From an uncultured Actinomycetes bacterium (GTDB lineage Bacteria; Actinomycetota; Thermoleophilia; UBA2241): 64,000 bases of DNA. The translations under genes and the position numbers were made by a program. The stretch is taken from NCBI GenBank assembly GCA_963709345.1, contig CAVPVX010000004.1:224001-288000 (forward strand). Direction: 5' to 3'. Shown in pieces: positions 40,990-50,375 of this stretch; position 1 is the first letter of the stretch; each line of letters begins with the position of its first letter. The notes beneath the pieces were generated by a model. The model searched no databases and was not told the origin of the DNA. It saw only the letters and a program-made list of their open reading frames with translations.

Positions 40990-42483
40990 CTAGAAGCGCT
41001 CCGCGACCTCGATGCGACCGTCTGTGGCCGCCCGCCGCATCTCCGCGACGTCCTTGCGGTTCTGCTTCTCGTACGCCTCGGCGAAGTCGGCCATGGCGAC
41101 GTCGAAGCGGTCCTTCTTGCCGAGGTATGCGGAGATCGCGACGGGGTCGCCGGAGCGGGCGTGACCCTTGGCCAGAGTCCAGGCGCAGAGCTCGCCGTAG
41201 GTGAGCAGGTGGTCGAAGTCCATCGTCTCGACGGTGGCCGAGCCCTTCCAGTCGCGGAGCTGGCGCCAGTAGAAGTCGATGCCCACGGGGCTGCTGCTCC
41301 ATCCGAGGAAGATGTCGCTGCTCGACTGGGTGAGCCGCTGGCCCACGACGACGCGCTCCCCCTGGTGCCTGTAGCGGCTGCGCTTGAGGTAGGGCTCGAG
41401 CACCGACCGACCGGCCTCCTTCACCTGAAGGAAGAGGACGTCGTCGGCGTCGCGTCCTGTCATGACGACGATGAAGCAGCGCGTGCCGACCGACCCCACG
41501 CCGACGACCTTGAGGGCCGCATCCTCGATGCGGTACCGGTCGAGGAGCACGGCGACGTCCTGCCTGAGCGAGCGGCGGTAGGCGTTGTAGGTCGCGCGCA
41601 CCGTACGCCGCGTGTCGCTCGGGACGACTCCCGTCGCCAGGTCGCGGATGGGGACGATGAGCGGCGGTTGGCCGACGATGCGTCGTTGCCCGTCGACCAT
41701 TGTCGTGAGCTTGGCGGCGGCTTGGGCGCTGTCGCGGCTGGTGGCTCGCGCCGCCGTCTTCTCGGCGTCGCGCCTGAGCGCCGGATCGTGGATGCCGGCG
41801 ATGATCTTGTCCACATTGAGCTGCGTGTACCAGGTCCTGAGGGTGTCCATCCCGGCGAAGCGAGCCATGAAGTCGCGATAGGCGCGGGCGCCGGACAGCG
41901 CGATCGCCCGCGCCCTCTTGCGCCCGATCCCGTTCTGGCGGGCGGCCACGACCAGGCTCGCGATCAGCCGCTTGACGTCCCACTCGAACGGACCGGGCAG
42001 CGTCTCGTCGAAGTCGTTGACGTCGAAGACGAGCGAGCGCTCCGGCGAGCCGTAGACGCCGAAGTTGGAGAGGTGGGCGTCACCGCACAGCTGGACGTGC
42101 AGGTCGCTGCGCGGGCTCGAACCCAGGTCGGCCGCCATGACGGCGGCGGCGCCGCGATAGAAGCCGAAGGCGTTCTGCAGCATGCGCGCGTGCCGCACGG
42201 GGAGCAGCTGCTGGAGGCGGTCGCGCTCCTGGCCGGTGACGACTGTTACCGGGTCGGCGCGGCCGGCGGCAGGCTCCCAGACACCCAGCCTCTCGAGCGG
42301 CAGCTCCCGGCGCTGGGCCTTACCTGCCGCGACGCGTTCTTCACGTGACGGGTGTGTGGAGCGCCGCACGCGTGGAGGGGTCGCGGCGGTCGCGCCCGCG
42401 GCCGGCGTGGGCGTGGTCGCCCGCCGGCGCTTCGCGGCCGTTGCCGGTGGGGGGGAAGGCTTGCCGCTGCGCTGCGTCGCCAT
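40990..42483 (-). CDS. DUF2252 protein
   Basis: FYRGAAAVMAADL, CGDAHLSNFG, FDVNDFDE, KVVGVGSVGTR, LQVKEA, RQLRDWK, AKGHARSGD. Confidence 0.95.
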   Translation of the reverse strand: MATQRSGKPSPPPATAAKRRRATTPTPAAGATAATPPRVRRSTHPSREERVAAGKAQRRELPLERLGVWEPAAGRADPVTVVTGQERDRLQQLLPVRHARMLQNAFGFYRGAAAVMAADLGSSPRSDLHVQLCGDAHLSNFGVYGSPERSLVFDVNDFDETLPGPFEWDVKRLIASLVVAARQNGIGRKRARAIALSGARAYRDFMARFAGMDTLRTWYTQLNVDKIIAGIHDPALRRDAEKTAARATSRDSAQAAAKLTTMVDGQRRIVGQPPLIVPIRDLATGVVPSDTRRTVRATYNAYRRSLRQDVAVLLDRYRIEDAALKVVGVGSVGTRCFIVVMTGRDADDVLFLQVKEAGRSVLEPYLKRSRYRHQGERVVVGQRLTQSSSDIFLGWSSSPVGIDFYWRQLRDWKGSATVETMDFDHLLTYGELCAWTLAKGHARSGDPVAISAYLGKKDRFDVAMADFAEAYEKQNRKDVAEMRRAATDGRIEVAERF

Positions 42484-42729
42484 CGACGTCCTCCTTGCGA
42501 TCGTGCCACATGTGGCCCGGACCGAGCCCGGTCCGGTCGTCGAGAATCCCCACTGTACTCCCAACCGTCGCGGATCGCGCGTTCCCACCCCAGTTGCGAC
42601 GATCGCTCGGGAGACGGATGATCGGCGCAGGTTCCGGGTGCGGCCGCGCCGGGCAGGATGCGGTAGAAGGCAGCCCGTCGGTCGCCGGAACGGCCTGAGG
42701 GGCAAGTCGGGGGGTGCTGGATGAAGCAG

Positions 42730-43248
42730 ATGAGTCCGGTGGTCGTGCGTATCGGCGTCGTGTCCGACACGCACGGTCACCTCGATCCACAGGTCCTCGA
42801 GGAATTGGCCGGCGTGACGCACATCGTCCATGCTGGAGACATCATCGACGGCGCCACTCTCGAGGCGCTGGAGAAGGTGGCGCCGGTGACCGCCGTCGCC
42901 GGCAACATGGATGTCGGCAAGCTGGGCAAGCTGCCGCGGGAGGTGGCCGTCGAGGTCGGCGGTGTGACCCTCGTCGTGGGGCACAAGCGCAAGCGACTCC
43001 TCAAACGGCTGGCTCTGGGCAAGATCGACGGCCTTGACGCCGGCCGGGCGCCGGATCTCATCATCTACGGGCACGATCACGTGCCGGCTGCGGAGTGGGT
43101 CGAAGGCGTCCTGTACCTGGACCCCGGCACGGCCAGTTCGCCGCACGAGGAAGACGACGACCCCACGATCGCCGTTGTCGAGAGCGGCCGGTCGGGGCTC
43201 TGCGTGCACTTCGTGCCGCTGGCGCGGCCTCGCCTCGAGGACTCCTGA
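42730..43248 (+). CDS. YfcE-like metallophosphoesterase
   Basis: VSDTHG, HAGDI, VAGNMD, YGHDH, DPGT. Confidence 0.9.
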   Translation: MSPVVVRIGVVSDTHGHLDPQVLEELAGVTHIVHAGDIIDGATLEALEKVAPVTAVAGNMDVGKLGKLPREVAVEVGGVTLVVGHKRKRLLKRLALGKIDGLDAGRAPDLIIYGHDHVPAAEWVEGVLYLDPGTASSPHEEDDDPTIAVVESGRSGLCVHFVPLARPRLEDS

Positions 43249-43255
43249 GCACGCC

Positions 43256-43717
43256 GTGAAGGCGCACACCGTGTACAAGACGTTCCACGTCGAGCGGCGG
43301 CGCGCCTTCGTGCGCATCACGCAAGACGTCCAGAAAGCTGTCGACGAGAGCGGAATCCGCGAGGGCATGGCGCTGGTGTCGGCGATGCACATCACCGCCG
43401 GGGTCTGGGTCAACGACGACGAGCCGGGCCTTCAGGAGGACGCGCTCGAGTGGCTCGACAAGCTGGCGCCGCCGTCCTGGACGCCGCCGGCGAGCGACGT
43501 CTCCCGGCAGCTCCTGCCCGACGGCGGCGACTACCGCCACCACCGCGGCGGCGAGGACAACGGCGACGCCCACCTCAAGAACCTGCTCGTCCACCACCAG
43601 GTCATCGTGCCGGTCACGGCCGGCCGGCTGGACCTCGGTCCATGGCAGGCGGTCTTCTATTGCGAGTTCGACGGACGCCGCGACAAGCGGCTCATCATCA
43701 AGGTGCTTGGGGAATAG
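43256..43717 (+). CDS. yjbQ: YjbQ family protein
   Basis: [42 protein letters not shown]. Confidence 0.9.
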   Translation: MKAHTVYKTFHVERRRAFVRITQDVQKAVDESGIREGMALVSAMHITAGVWVNDDEPGLQEDALEWLDKLAPPSWTPPASDVSRQLLPDGGDYRHHRGGEDNGDAHLKNLLVHHQVIVPVTAGRLDLGPWQAVFYCEFDGRRDKRLIIKVLGE

Positions 43718-43768
43718 CGTGGCCGGGCGGCCGCCCTGCGGCCGAGAGACGATCTGAAGGAGACGAGC

Positions 43769-44353
43769 ATGAGCGATGCAGGTGGTGACCAGGGGCGTCC
43801 GCGTCCTGAGGTCGTGAGCGAGAGCGTCGTCGTGGTGACGAGCGGGCAGAGTCTGGGGCAGCGCTACTGGGGCGTGCTCGTCGCGCTCGGGATCGTGGCG
43901 CTCGTCTTCGGCGTCATCGTGCTCGCCAACATCTGGGCCAGCATCCAGTTGGTGGCGATCTTCGCCGGCCTCTTCCTGCTGTTCGCCGGCGTGCTCCAGT
44001 TCTTCGTCGGGGGGAGCGCCGGCCGCGGCGGACGCATCTTCTCCGGTGTACTGGCCGTCGCCGCCGGCCTCCTGCTCATCTTCTGGCCGGACGCCTCGGT
44101 CAAGACGGTGGCCATCATCGTCGGCGTCGCCTTCCTCGTGTGGGGCGTCGCCGTGGCTGTGGCGGCCGTCTCCGCCCGTGGAGAGGGCTCGGGGGTCGTG
44201 GTCGGTTTCGGCGCCGTCCTCGCGGTCATCGGCCTGATCTTCATCCTTTGGCCGGGCCCCACCGTGAGCTTGCTGATGATCCTCGTCGGCGTCAGCGCCG
44301 TGCTCTTCGGGATCTCGTGCATCGTGCAGGGACTCGCGCTGCGCAAGGCGTAG
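43769..44353 (+). CDS. HdeD/DUF308 membrane protein
   Basis: Two DUF308-like repeats (LIFWPDAS, FILWPGPT), six TM segments. Confidence 0.85.
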   Translation: MSDAGGDQGRPRPEVVSESVVVVTSGQSLGQRYWGVLVALGIVALVFGVIVLANIWASIQLVAIFAGLFLLFAGVLQFFVGGSAGRGGRIFSGVLAVAAGLLLIFWPDASVKTVAIIVGVAFLVWGVAVAVAAVSARGEGSGVVVGFGAVLAVIGLIFILWPGPTVSLLMILVGVSAVLFGISCIVQGLALRKA

Positions 44354-44715
44354 GCGACGCGCGGTTTGCGCGACGGGGTGACGTAGCGCGTCGAGCGGAT
44401 CCACCGGCGGGACGGCGCCGACGGGGCGCACGGGAATCCGGCGCCGCGCCGAAATCGCCACGCAGGCGTGGTGCCGTACAGGCCGGCGGCGCGCCGGTCA
44501 GCACTGAGGCTTGTCGGTGGATCGACTCCACGCCGAGGACGAGGCTCTCGTCAGAGGGCTGCACGGGATCACTCTCAGCGCCGCCGTGATCCTCACGCTG
44601 TCGGTCTTCCTCAAGGTGGCGCACGACGGTGAGCGGGGGAAGAACGCCCACCATCAGGGCGACGGATCGAAGGCCCGGGACGACGGCGAGGCGCCGCTCA
44701 CGTGAGCCGGCGGAC

Positions 44716-45573
44716 TCACTCGCCGACGCCGGGTTTCCCTTCATCGCCCGCCGCCCGGCGATGCGACAACCGATCCCGGGCCAGATTCTGCACCACCAGC
44801 GCGACCACGGTGATGAGGTAGAGCTGGCCGAAGACGGCCTCCATGACGGCCGTGAGTCGTCCGACACCGCCGGCGGCCGTCAGGTCGCCGTAGCCCGTGG
44901 TCGTGATGGTCACGAAGCTGAAGTAGACGAAGTCGATGCCCGTCGGGTGGTCCGTCTGCGCGAAGAAGGGGCCGGCGGCGGCGTCGATGACCGAGAAGAG
45001 CGTCGCGAAGAACATCGCGATGAGGATGTAGACCGAGACGGCGCCGTAGAACGTGTTGAGATTCACCACCGGGTGGCTCAGCAGGCGGCGCAGGATCACG
45101 ACCGGCGCGACCACCACCAGCAGCAGAGTGACGAAGGCTCCGAGCGTGGGCGCATCGTAGCCGCCGGCTCCGAGGAAGGCCATGACGAGCGCGACCAGGA
45201 CGGCGAGCGGGATGAGCGCTGTGGCGACGCGCAGCCCGCGCCTCCGTACCTGCGAGGCGCGCAGCGCCAGCCAGGTGGCGGCGGCGAAGACGACGAGCGT
45301 GGCGGCGGCGCCGATCGGAGTGTCGCCGGTCGCCGCTCGCAGGAAGAGGCCGGCGAGCAGCAGCACCAGCACCAGCCCGAAGCTGTCGGCGAACCGGGGC
45401 GAGGGCTCCAGCAGCCGGCGGAGGCGTGGATCGGTCGCCGGTGCTTGGGGCGGTGTGCCGTCGCCCGCGGCGTCTCCGGCAGGCGGTGCGCCCACTGCGC
45501 CGACCCGGTGCTCGCGCGTCTCAGGACCCGCGTTCCCGCCCGGATCCTCCTGCATATGATCCTCGTCGGTCAT
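44716..45573 (-). CDS. Potassium channel family protein
   Basis: YFSFVTITTTGYGD selectivity filter; EAVFGQLYL. Confidence 0.9.
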   Translation of the reverse strand: MTDEDHMQEDPGGNAGPETREHRVGAVGAPPAGDAAGDGTPPQAPATDPRLRRLLEPSPRFADSFGLVLVLLLAGLFLRAATGDTPIGAAATLVVFAAATWLALRASQVRRRGLRVATALIPLAVLVALVMAFLGAGGYDAPTLGAFVTLLLVVVAPVVILRRLLSHPVVNLNTFYGAVSVYILIAMFFATLFSVIDAAAGPFFAQTDHPTGIDFVYFSFVTITTTGYGDLTAAGGVGRLTAVMEAVFGQLYLITVVALVVQNLARDRLSHRRAAGDEGKPGVGE

Positions 45574-45690
45574 GACTTCAGCGCCACTGTATCCCAAGTC
45601 GCGTCACGTGCAAACGGACGCGATCGGAAGGGCAGCCGGGCGGCGCCGCGAACGCCCGTCCTGTACACTCGCTGAGAGGCGGCTGAACGC

Positions 45691-46620
45691 ATGCATGACG
45701 GCAGATACACCACGTACGGTACGCGGCCGGGGCGAGACCCGCGCCGCCGGCGGCGCCAGCGTGCCCGCCGCCGCCTCCTGATCGTCGCCGTCGTCCTCGC
45801 CGTGGCGGCGGTCGCCGCCGCCGTGCTGCTTCGCGGCGGTGACGCTGACGAGGCCGCCGCCGAGAAGTCGGGGGGTGGAGGCGGGGCGACCGCGGCCGCA
45901 AGCCCGAGCCCCACGCCGACCGAGCCGCCGCCCGAGGTGTGGGTGGCGAGCAAGAGCGATCCCGTGCGTGTCTGGGTCGGCGGGGACTCCATGGGCGGCG
46001 AGCTCGGCTGGGCGCTCGATCCGCTGTTGCGGGGCGCCAGGGTCTTCAAGCCGATCACCTTCTACAAGGAGTCTTCCGGGATCTGCCGGTACGACTTCTA
46101 CGATTGGGGCAAGCAGGCAGAGTCCGTGGTGCGCAGCGCCAAGCCCGATGCGGCCGTCATCATGATGGGCACCAACGACACCCAGTCGGTGTGGCAGGAC
46201 GGCGAGTGGATCCCCTACGGCAAGGTGGCCTGGAAGACGGCCTACGAACGCCGCGTCGGCGAGATCATGGACATCATGCTCGAGGGCGGCGCGCGAAGAG
46301 TGTACTGGGTCGGCATGCCGATCATGGGGGAGGGCTGGCGCAACTCCCGCATGAGGTTCATCAACCGGGTCTTCGAAAAGCAGGCGGGGGAACGCCCGGG
46401 GGTGACGTTCGTCGACGTTTGGGACCTGTACGCCGATGAGAGCGGCGACTTCGACGCGTCCCTGCGGCTCGGCGACGGCGTGCACTTCACCGTCGCGGGC
46501 CAGGAGATGCTCGGCAAGCACGTCTTCAAACTGATCGAGCGGGACTGGCTGCCGGACGGCGCAGGGGAGCCGGACTCGTCGTCATCGCCGATGTCCTCGC
46601 CGACCGCCTCATCGATCTGA
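45691..46620 (+). CDS. Membrane-anchored SGNH hydrolase/acetyltransferase (DUF459)
   Basis: N-terminal TM; GGDSM, SSGI, MGTND, YWVGMP, DGVHFT. Confidence 0.85.
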   Translation: MHDGRYTTYGTRPGRDPRRRRRQRARRRLLIVAVVLAVAAVAAAVLLRGGDADEAAAEKSGGGGGATAAASPSPTPTEPPPEVWVASKSDPVRVWVGGDSMGGELGWALDPLLRGARVFKPITFYKESSGICRYDFYDWGKQAESVVRSAKPDAAVIMMGTNDTQSVWQDGEWIPYGKVAWKTAYERRVGEIMDIMLEGGARRVYWVGMPIMGEGWRNSRMRFINRVFEKQAGERPGVTFVDVWDLYADESGDFDASLRLGDGVHFTVAGQEMLGKHVFKLIERDWLPDGAGEPDSSSSPMSSPTASSI

Positions 46621-46680
46621 CGCCTGTCACGCCGTTCGGGGTGGCTCGCGAGGTGACCGGGCGCGGATAATGGGACGACC

Positions 46681-47520
46681 ATGATCGCGTTCTTCGCCAC
46701 AGTCCCCGGTCACGTGCTCGACGACGCCAAGCGGCCGCTCTTCCTGCTGCTCGTCGGCTTCATACTCACGTTTCTGGTCGCCCGCTTGAACACGCGGCTC
46801 ACGCGTGCGCACGGCCGCTCGCACCTGCGCATCGGCAGCGTCGTCACGCCGGGCGGCCTGCACATCCACCACTCCGTCTTCGGCATCATCGGCATGATCG
46901 TAGCCGGCATCCTCGCGTTCGCGCTCCAGCCGGGCAGTCCGTGGCTTGAGGTCTTCGCCTTCTTCTTCGGCGCCGGCGCCGCGCTGACGCTCGACGAGTT
47001 CGCCCTCATCCTGCACCTCGAGGACGTGTACTGGACGGGCGAGGGGCGCAAGAGCATCGATGCGGTCATCCTGGGCCTGACGTTCATCACCCTGCTGCTG
47101 ACCGGCCTTCTGCCGAGAAGCATCAGCGAGGTGGGGGACTACGTCATGATCACGCGCTGGGTGGGCTCGGCGTTCATCCTGTTCGGGGCCGTCTTCGTCG
47201 TGCTCTGCTACTTGAAGGGCAAGCTCTTCGTGGGGACTGTCGGTATCTTCGTGCCGCTGGTGGCGCTGATCGGCGCGCTGCGTCTCGCCAAGCCCGGCTC
47301 GCCGTGGGCCCGGCGGCAGTACGCGGGGAGCCCGGTCAAGCTTGAGCGGGCGCGGCGCCGGGACGAGCGCTTCCACCAGAAATGGGAGCGCCGCAAGCAT
47401 CGGCTCTGGGACCTGATCGGAGGCAAGCCCCAGCTGCCGCTCTCCCTGACGCGTCGCGACGAGCAGCGCGACGACGACGATCGAGGCGCTTCAGGAGGAC
47501 CGCCGGCCCCGCGTTCGTGA
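46681..47520 (+). CDS. Conserved actinobacterial integral membrane protein
   Basis: GGLHIHHSVFG, GAALTLDEFALILHLEDVYW, RLAKPGSPWAR. Confidence 0.8.
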   Translation: MIAFFATVPGHVLDDAKRPLFLLLVGFILTFLVARLNTRLTRAHGRSHLRIGSVVTPGGLHIHHSVFGIIGMIVAGILAFALQPGSPWLEVFAFFFGAGAALTLDEFALILHLEDVYWTGEGRKSIDAVILGLTFITLLLTGLLPRSISEVGDYVMITRWVGSAFILFGAVFVVLCYLKGKLFVGTVGIFVPLVALIGALRLAKPGSPWARRQYAGSPVKLERARRRDERFHQKWERRKHRLWDLIGGKPQLPLSLTRRDEQRDDDDRGASGGPPAPRS

Positions 47521-47561
47521 GACGCGGCGCGGCCGGCGCGGCGGCCGCGCCGCGTCTCACG
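47516..47561. terminator. 20-bp inverted repeat between convergent genes, containing both stop codons
   Basis: CGTGAGACGCGGCGCGGCCG-GCGCGG-CGGCCGCGCCGCGTCTCACG. Confidence 0.65.
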
Positions 47562-48876
47562 GCGCCGGCCGCGGCGGCTCGTCGTCGGCGGGCGCCGGGA
47601 GTCCTGCGGCGAACGTGGTGAGGACCAGTTCGTAGATGACGAGTACGAGCACCACAGCGAGGATGGCCGTCAGGGAGCCGGCGACGAAGAAGAGTGCCAG
47701 CACGGCCGCGGCGACCCCGCCGAGGCGTAGGGCGTCGAGGTGCCTCGCCAGCCGGCGGCCGTTGGTGGTGTCGGGCGTGGAGAGGTCGGCGGCGATACCG
47801 AACAGCTTGGAGAACCCGCGGCCCATGGCCCGGACCAATGAGGGGTGGGCGGCGAGGAGCGCGGCGACTGCCACGATGGCCCCCGCTACCGCTGCCCAGA
47901 CGAAGAAGTCGTTCAGGGTGTCGATCGCCGATCTGACGATGGAGCGCGCCACGGCTGCGCCGCCTTCATCGCCGACCGCGCGGGCGACCGCCTTCTCGAT
48001 CTGTCGCTCGATCACGCGCGCGACGACGAACGCGACGACCACGCCGAGTCCCAGCTGAAGCGCCGTGCGGCGCCTGTGGGTCGAGACGAGGAGCGCCGCG
48101 ACCACGAGAGCGACCGCGAGTGCGATCACGAGTATGACGAGGTCGTTGAAGAGCCGCAGCGCCTGCTTGGCCTCGTAGCCCTGGTCTCCTCGCAGCAGGG
48201 TGACGGAGCCGAAGTCGGCCGGCAGCGGCCGGCCGAGGGCGTCCTGCAACAGGACGCGGATCTGGTCGGGATCCGTCTCGGGGTCGATCGCCGGCAGTCG
48301 CACGTCCTTGCCGAGCAGCCGCGGGATCTGGTCCTCGAGCTTCTGCAGCGCCACCGCCACGAGCGGCAGCAGGTTGAGCCGCACGTCGTTGCGGCCGACG
48401 GTCACGTAGCGGTTCTCGTCCTGCAGCGCAGTGATGAGCTGGCGGTGGCTGAAGCGGTTCACGTCGATCCAGAGTTCCCGGGCGAGCTCGCTTCCGAGGA
48501 ACTTGTCGACCTCGTCGACGAGAAAGCGTCGCAGTTCGGCGGTGAGCGGCGTGGCGAGCAGCTTGGCGTCGGTCGGGAGGGCGTCCTCGATGCGGCGCTC
48601 CAGATCGGCGGCCTCGACGGCCTTGTCGGTGACGAAGACGCTGACCGAGCGCCTCACGTGAGGATCGTCGGCGATCGGCGCCACCAGCCTGACGTAGGTG
48701 TCGGTGTCGAAGACCAGGCTCCGTGACCAGAGGGCGACCACGCTGACGCTCACCGTGACGATGGCCATGATGACGAGGACGAGGGCGAGCCACGAGCGCA
48801 GGCGCGGCCTTTGGGGGGAGATCGGCACGTCCTCGGCGGGTGCAAGCGCCTCGGTGACGGCGGTCGGCTTGGCCAT
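47557..48876 (-). CDS. Hypothetical multi-TM membrane protein
   Basis: N-terminal TM, DTDTYVRLVAPIADDP, soluble domain, several C-terminal TMs; RBS GGAGG before ATG 48876. Confidence 0.75.
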   Translation of the reverse strand: MAKPTAVTEALAPAEDVPISPQRPRLRSWLALVLVIMAIVTVSVSVVALWSRSLVFDTDTYVRLVAPIADDPHVRRSVSVFVTDKAVEAADLERRIEDALPTDAKLLATPLTAELRRFLVDEVDKFLGSELARELWIDVNRFSHRQLITALQDENRYVTVGRNDVRLNLLPLVAVALQKLEDQIPRLLGKDVRLPAIDPETDPDQIRVLLQDALGRPLPADFGSVTLLRGDQGYEAKQALRLFNDLVILVIALAVALVVAALLVSTHRRRTALQLGLGVVVAFVVARVIERQIEKAVARAVGDEGGAAVARSIVRSAIDTLNDFFVWAAVAGAIVAVAALLAAHPSLVRAMGRGFSKLFGIAADLSTPDTTNGRRLARHLDALRLGGVAAAVLALFFVAGSLTAILAVVLVLVIYELVLTTFAAGLPAPADDEPPRPAP

Positions 48877-49101
48877 CGCATCCTCCCTCACAGCGGCTCG
48901 GGCACCAGGCGCACCTTCGGCTGACCCTTGCAGTGTCTGTCCCGGACGTCGTCGCATATGTCGCGACGCCGCGGCGACCCTCTGCGGCCGGTCCGGGCCT
49001 GAGACGGCGCAGACCGGCGTGGCCGGGTCAGTGACGACGGTGCCCGTGTCGGCGGGACGAGAAACACGCGGGCCGTGCCGCTCTCCGAACGAGGCGCGGG
49101 G

Positions 49102-50274
49102 TCAGCTGCAAGAGGCCGACGCCTCGGCCATGGCGCGGCCGAGGCGGCCAGCGCCGTCGGCCAGCGCCGCCCCTCCGTAGAGACTGAAGGCGAGACGCAG
49201 GTCGTGGTCGTCACCGTCGAGGCAGAAGCGTGACCCCGGGGCGAACGACACGCCGTGCCTCTCGGCGTGAGGCAGGAGCGCCGTCGCCGTCAGCCCTTCT
49301 GGGAGCGTGACCCAGATGAAGAAGCCGCCGGCCGGCACGGTGAAGCGGCAGCCGGCGGGCAGCCGCTCTCGCAGCGCCGCGGCGAGCGCGTCGCGCCGCG
49401 ACGCGTAGGCGCGGCGAAGCCCTGCCAGGTGCGCGTCGTAGACGCCGGCCTCGAGCAGCGCCGCGACCACGTGCGCCGAGAACTGGCCAAGGCACCCGCC
49501 GCTCTCAAGCATTCCGGCGCCGGCCAGGCGCTCGCTCAGGTCTGCGCGCGCGGTGATCCACCCCAGACGGAGGCCCGGCGCCAGCGACTTCGAGAACGAG
49601 CCGAGGCGGACGACCGGCGCCTTCGCGTCGAGAGCCCACAGCGGCGGGGGCGCGGGTCCATCGTAGGCGAGCTCGCGGTACACGTCGTCCTCGACCACGA
49701 CCAGGTCGTGCTCACGGGCCACGGCCAGAAGGCGACGCCGGCGGTCCGGCGACAGGGACACGCCGGCGGGGTTGTGGAAGGTCGGGATGGTGTAGAGCAG
49801 GCGGGGCACCCTGCCCGAGGATCGCAGGCGCTGCAGGGTCGTCTCGAGCGCCTCGACGTCGAGTCCACCGTGGTCGAGCGGCACGCCGGCGAGCTCCACG
49901 GGGTGGTCCCGGACGATCCCGAGTGCCAGGTTGTAGGTGGGCGACTCGACGAGGACGACGTCGCCGGGCCGCGTGAGCCTGGTGACGACCTGGTCGAGCG
50001 CCTGGGAGGCGCCGCCGGTGATGAGGATCTCGCCGGCGTCGACGCCGCGGCCCTCGCGCGCGGCGATGCGTTCGGCGACGGCGGCGCGCAGCGCGTGCGG
50101 GCCTTTCTTCGCGCCATACGACATGGCGGCCGCTCCACCCGCGTCGCCGAGGGCAAGCGCGGCCGCCTCACGCACGAGCCCTACAGGCAGCAGCGACGGG
50201 TCGGGCTCGCCGAACGCGAACTCGACGATCCCGTCGCGAAGGGTGTTCTGGGTGAACGCCGGTGACTCGTGCAT
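49102..50274 (-). CDS. PLP-dependent class I aminotransferase (2-aminoadipate transaminase-like)
   Basis: FAFGEPD, YTIPTFHNPAG, EDDVY, GSFSKSLAPGLRLGW, GGFFIW. Confidence 0.9.
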   Translation of the reverse strand: MHESPAFTQNTLRDGIVEFAFGEPDPSLLPVGLVREAAALALGDAGGAAAMSYGAKKGPHALRAAVAERIAAREGRGVDAGEILITGGASQALDQVVTRLTRPGDVVLVESPTYNLALGIVRDHPVELAGVPLDHGGLDVEALETTLQRLRSSGRVPRLLYTIPTFHNPAGVSLSPDRRRRLLAVAREHDLVVVEDDVYRELAYDGPAPPPLWALDAKAPVVRLGSFSKSLAPGLRLGWITARADLSERLAGAGMLESGGCLGQFSAHVVAALLEAGVYDAHLAGLRRAYASRRDALAAALRERLPAGCRFTVPAGGFFIWVTLPEGLTATALLPHAERHGVSFAPGSRFCLDGDDHDLRLAFSLYGGAALADGAGRLGRAMAEASASCS

Positions 50275-50375
50275 GCCGTCATGATACGGGATGCGACGAC
50301 CCGTGACGCGTCGGCGGCGAACCCCGGCTGGCGGCCGGTCGTCCCTTTCCCTAGACTGAGCGTGGACGCGCCTGC

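Noticed and set aside
44511-44705. Small plus-strand ORF with one hydrophobic stretch
   Set aside because: No clear RBS or recognisable motif. It may be a gene remnant but cannot be supported.
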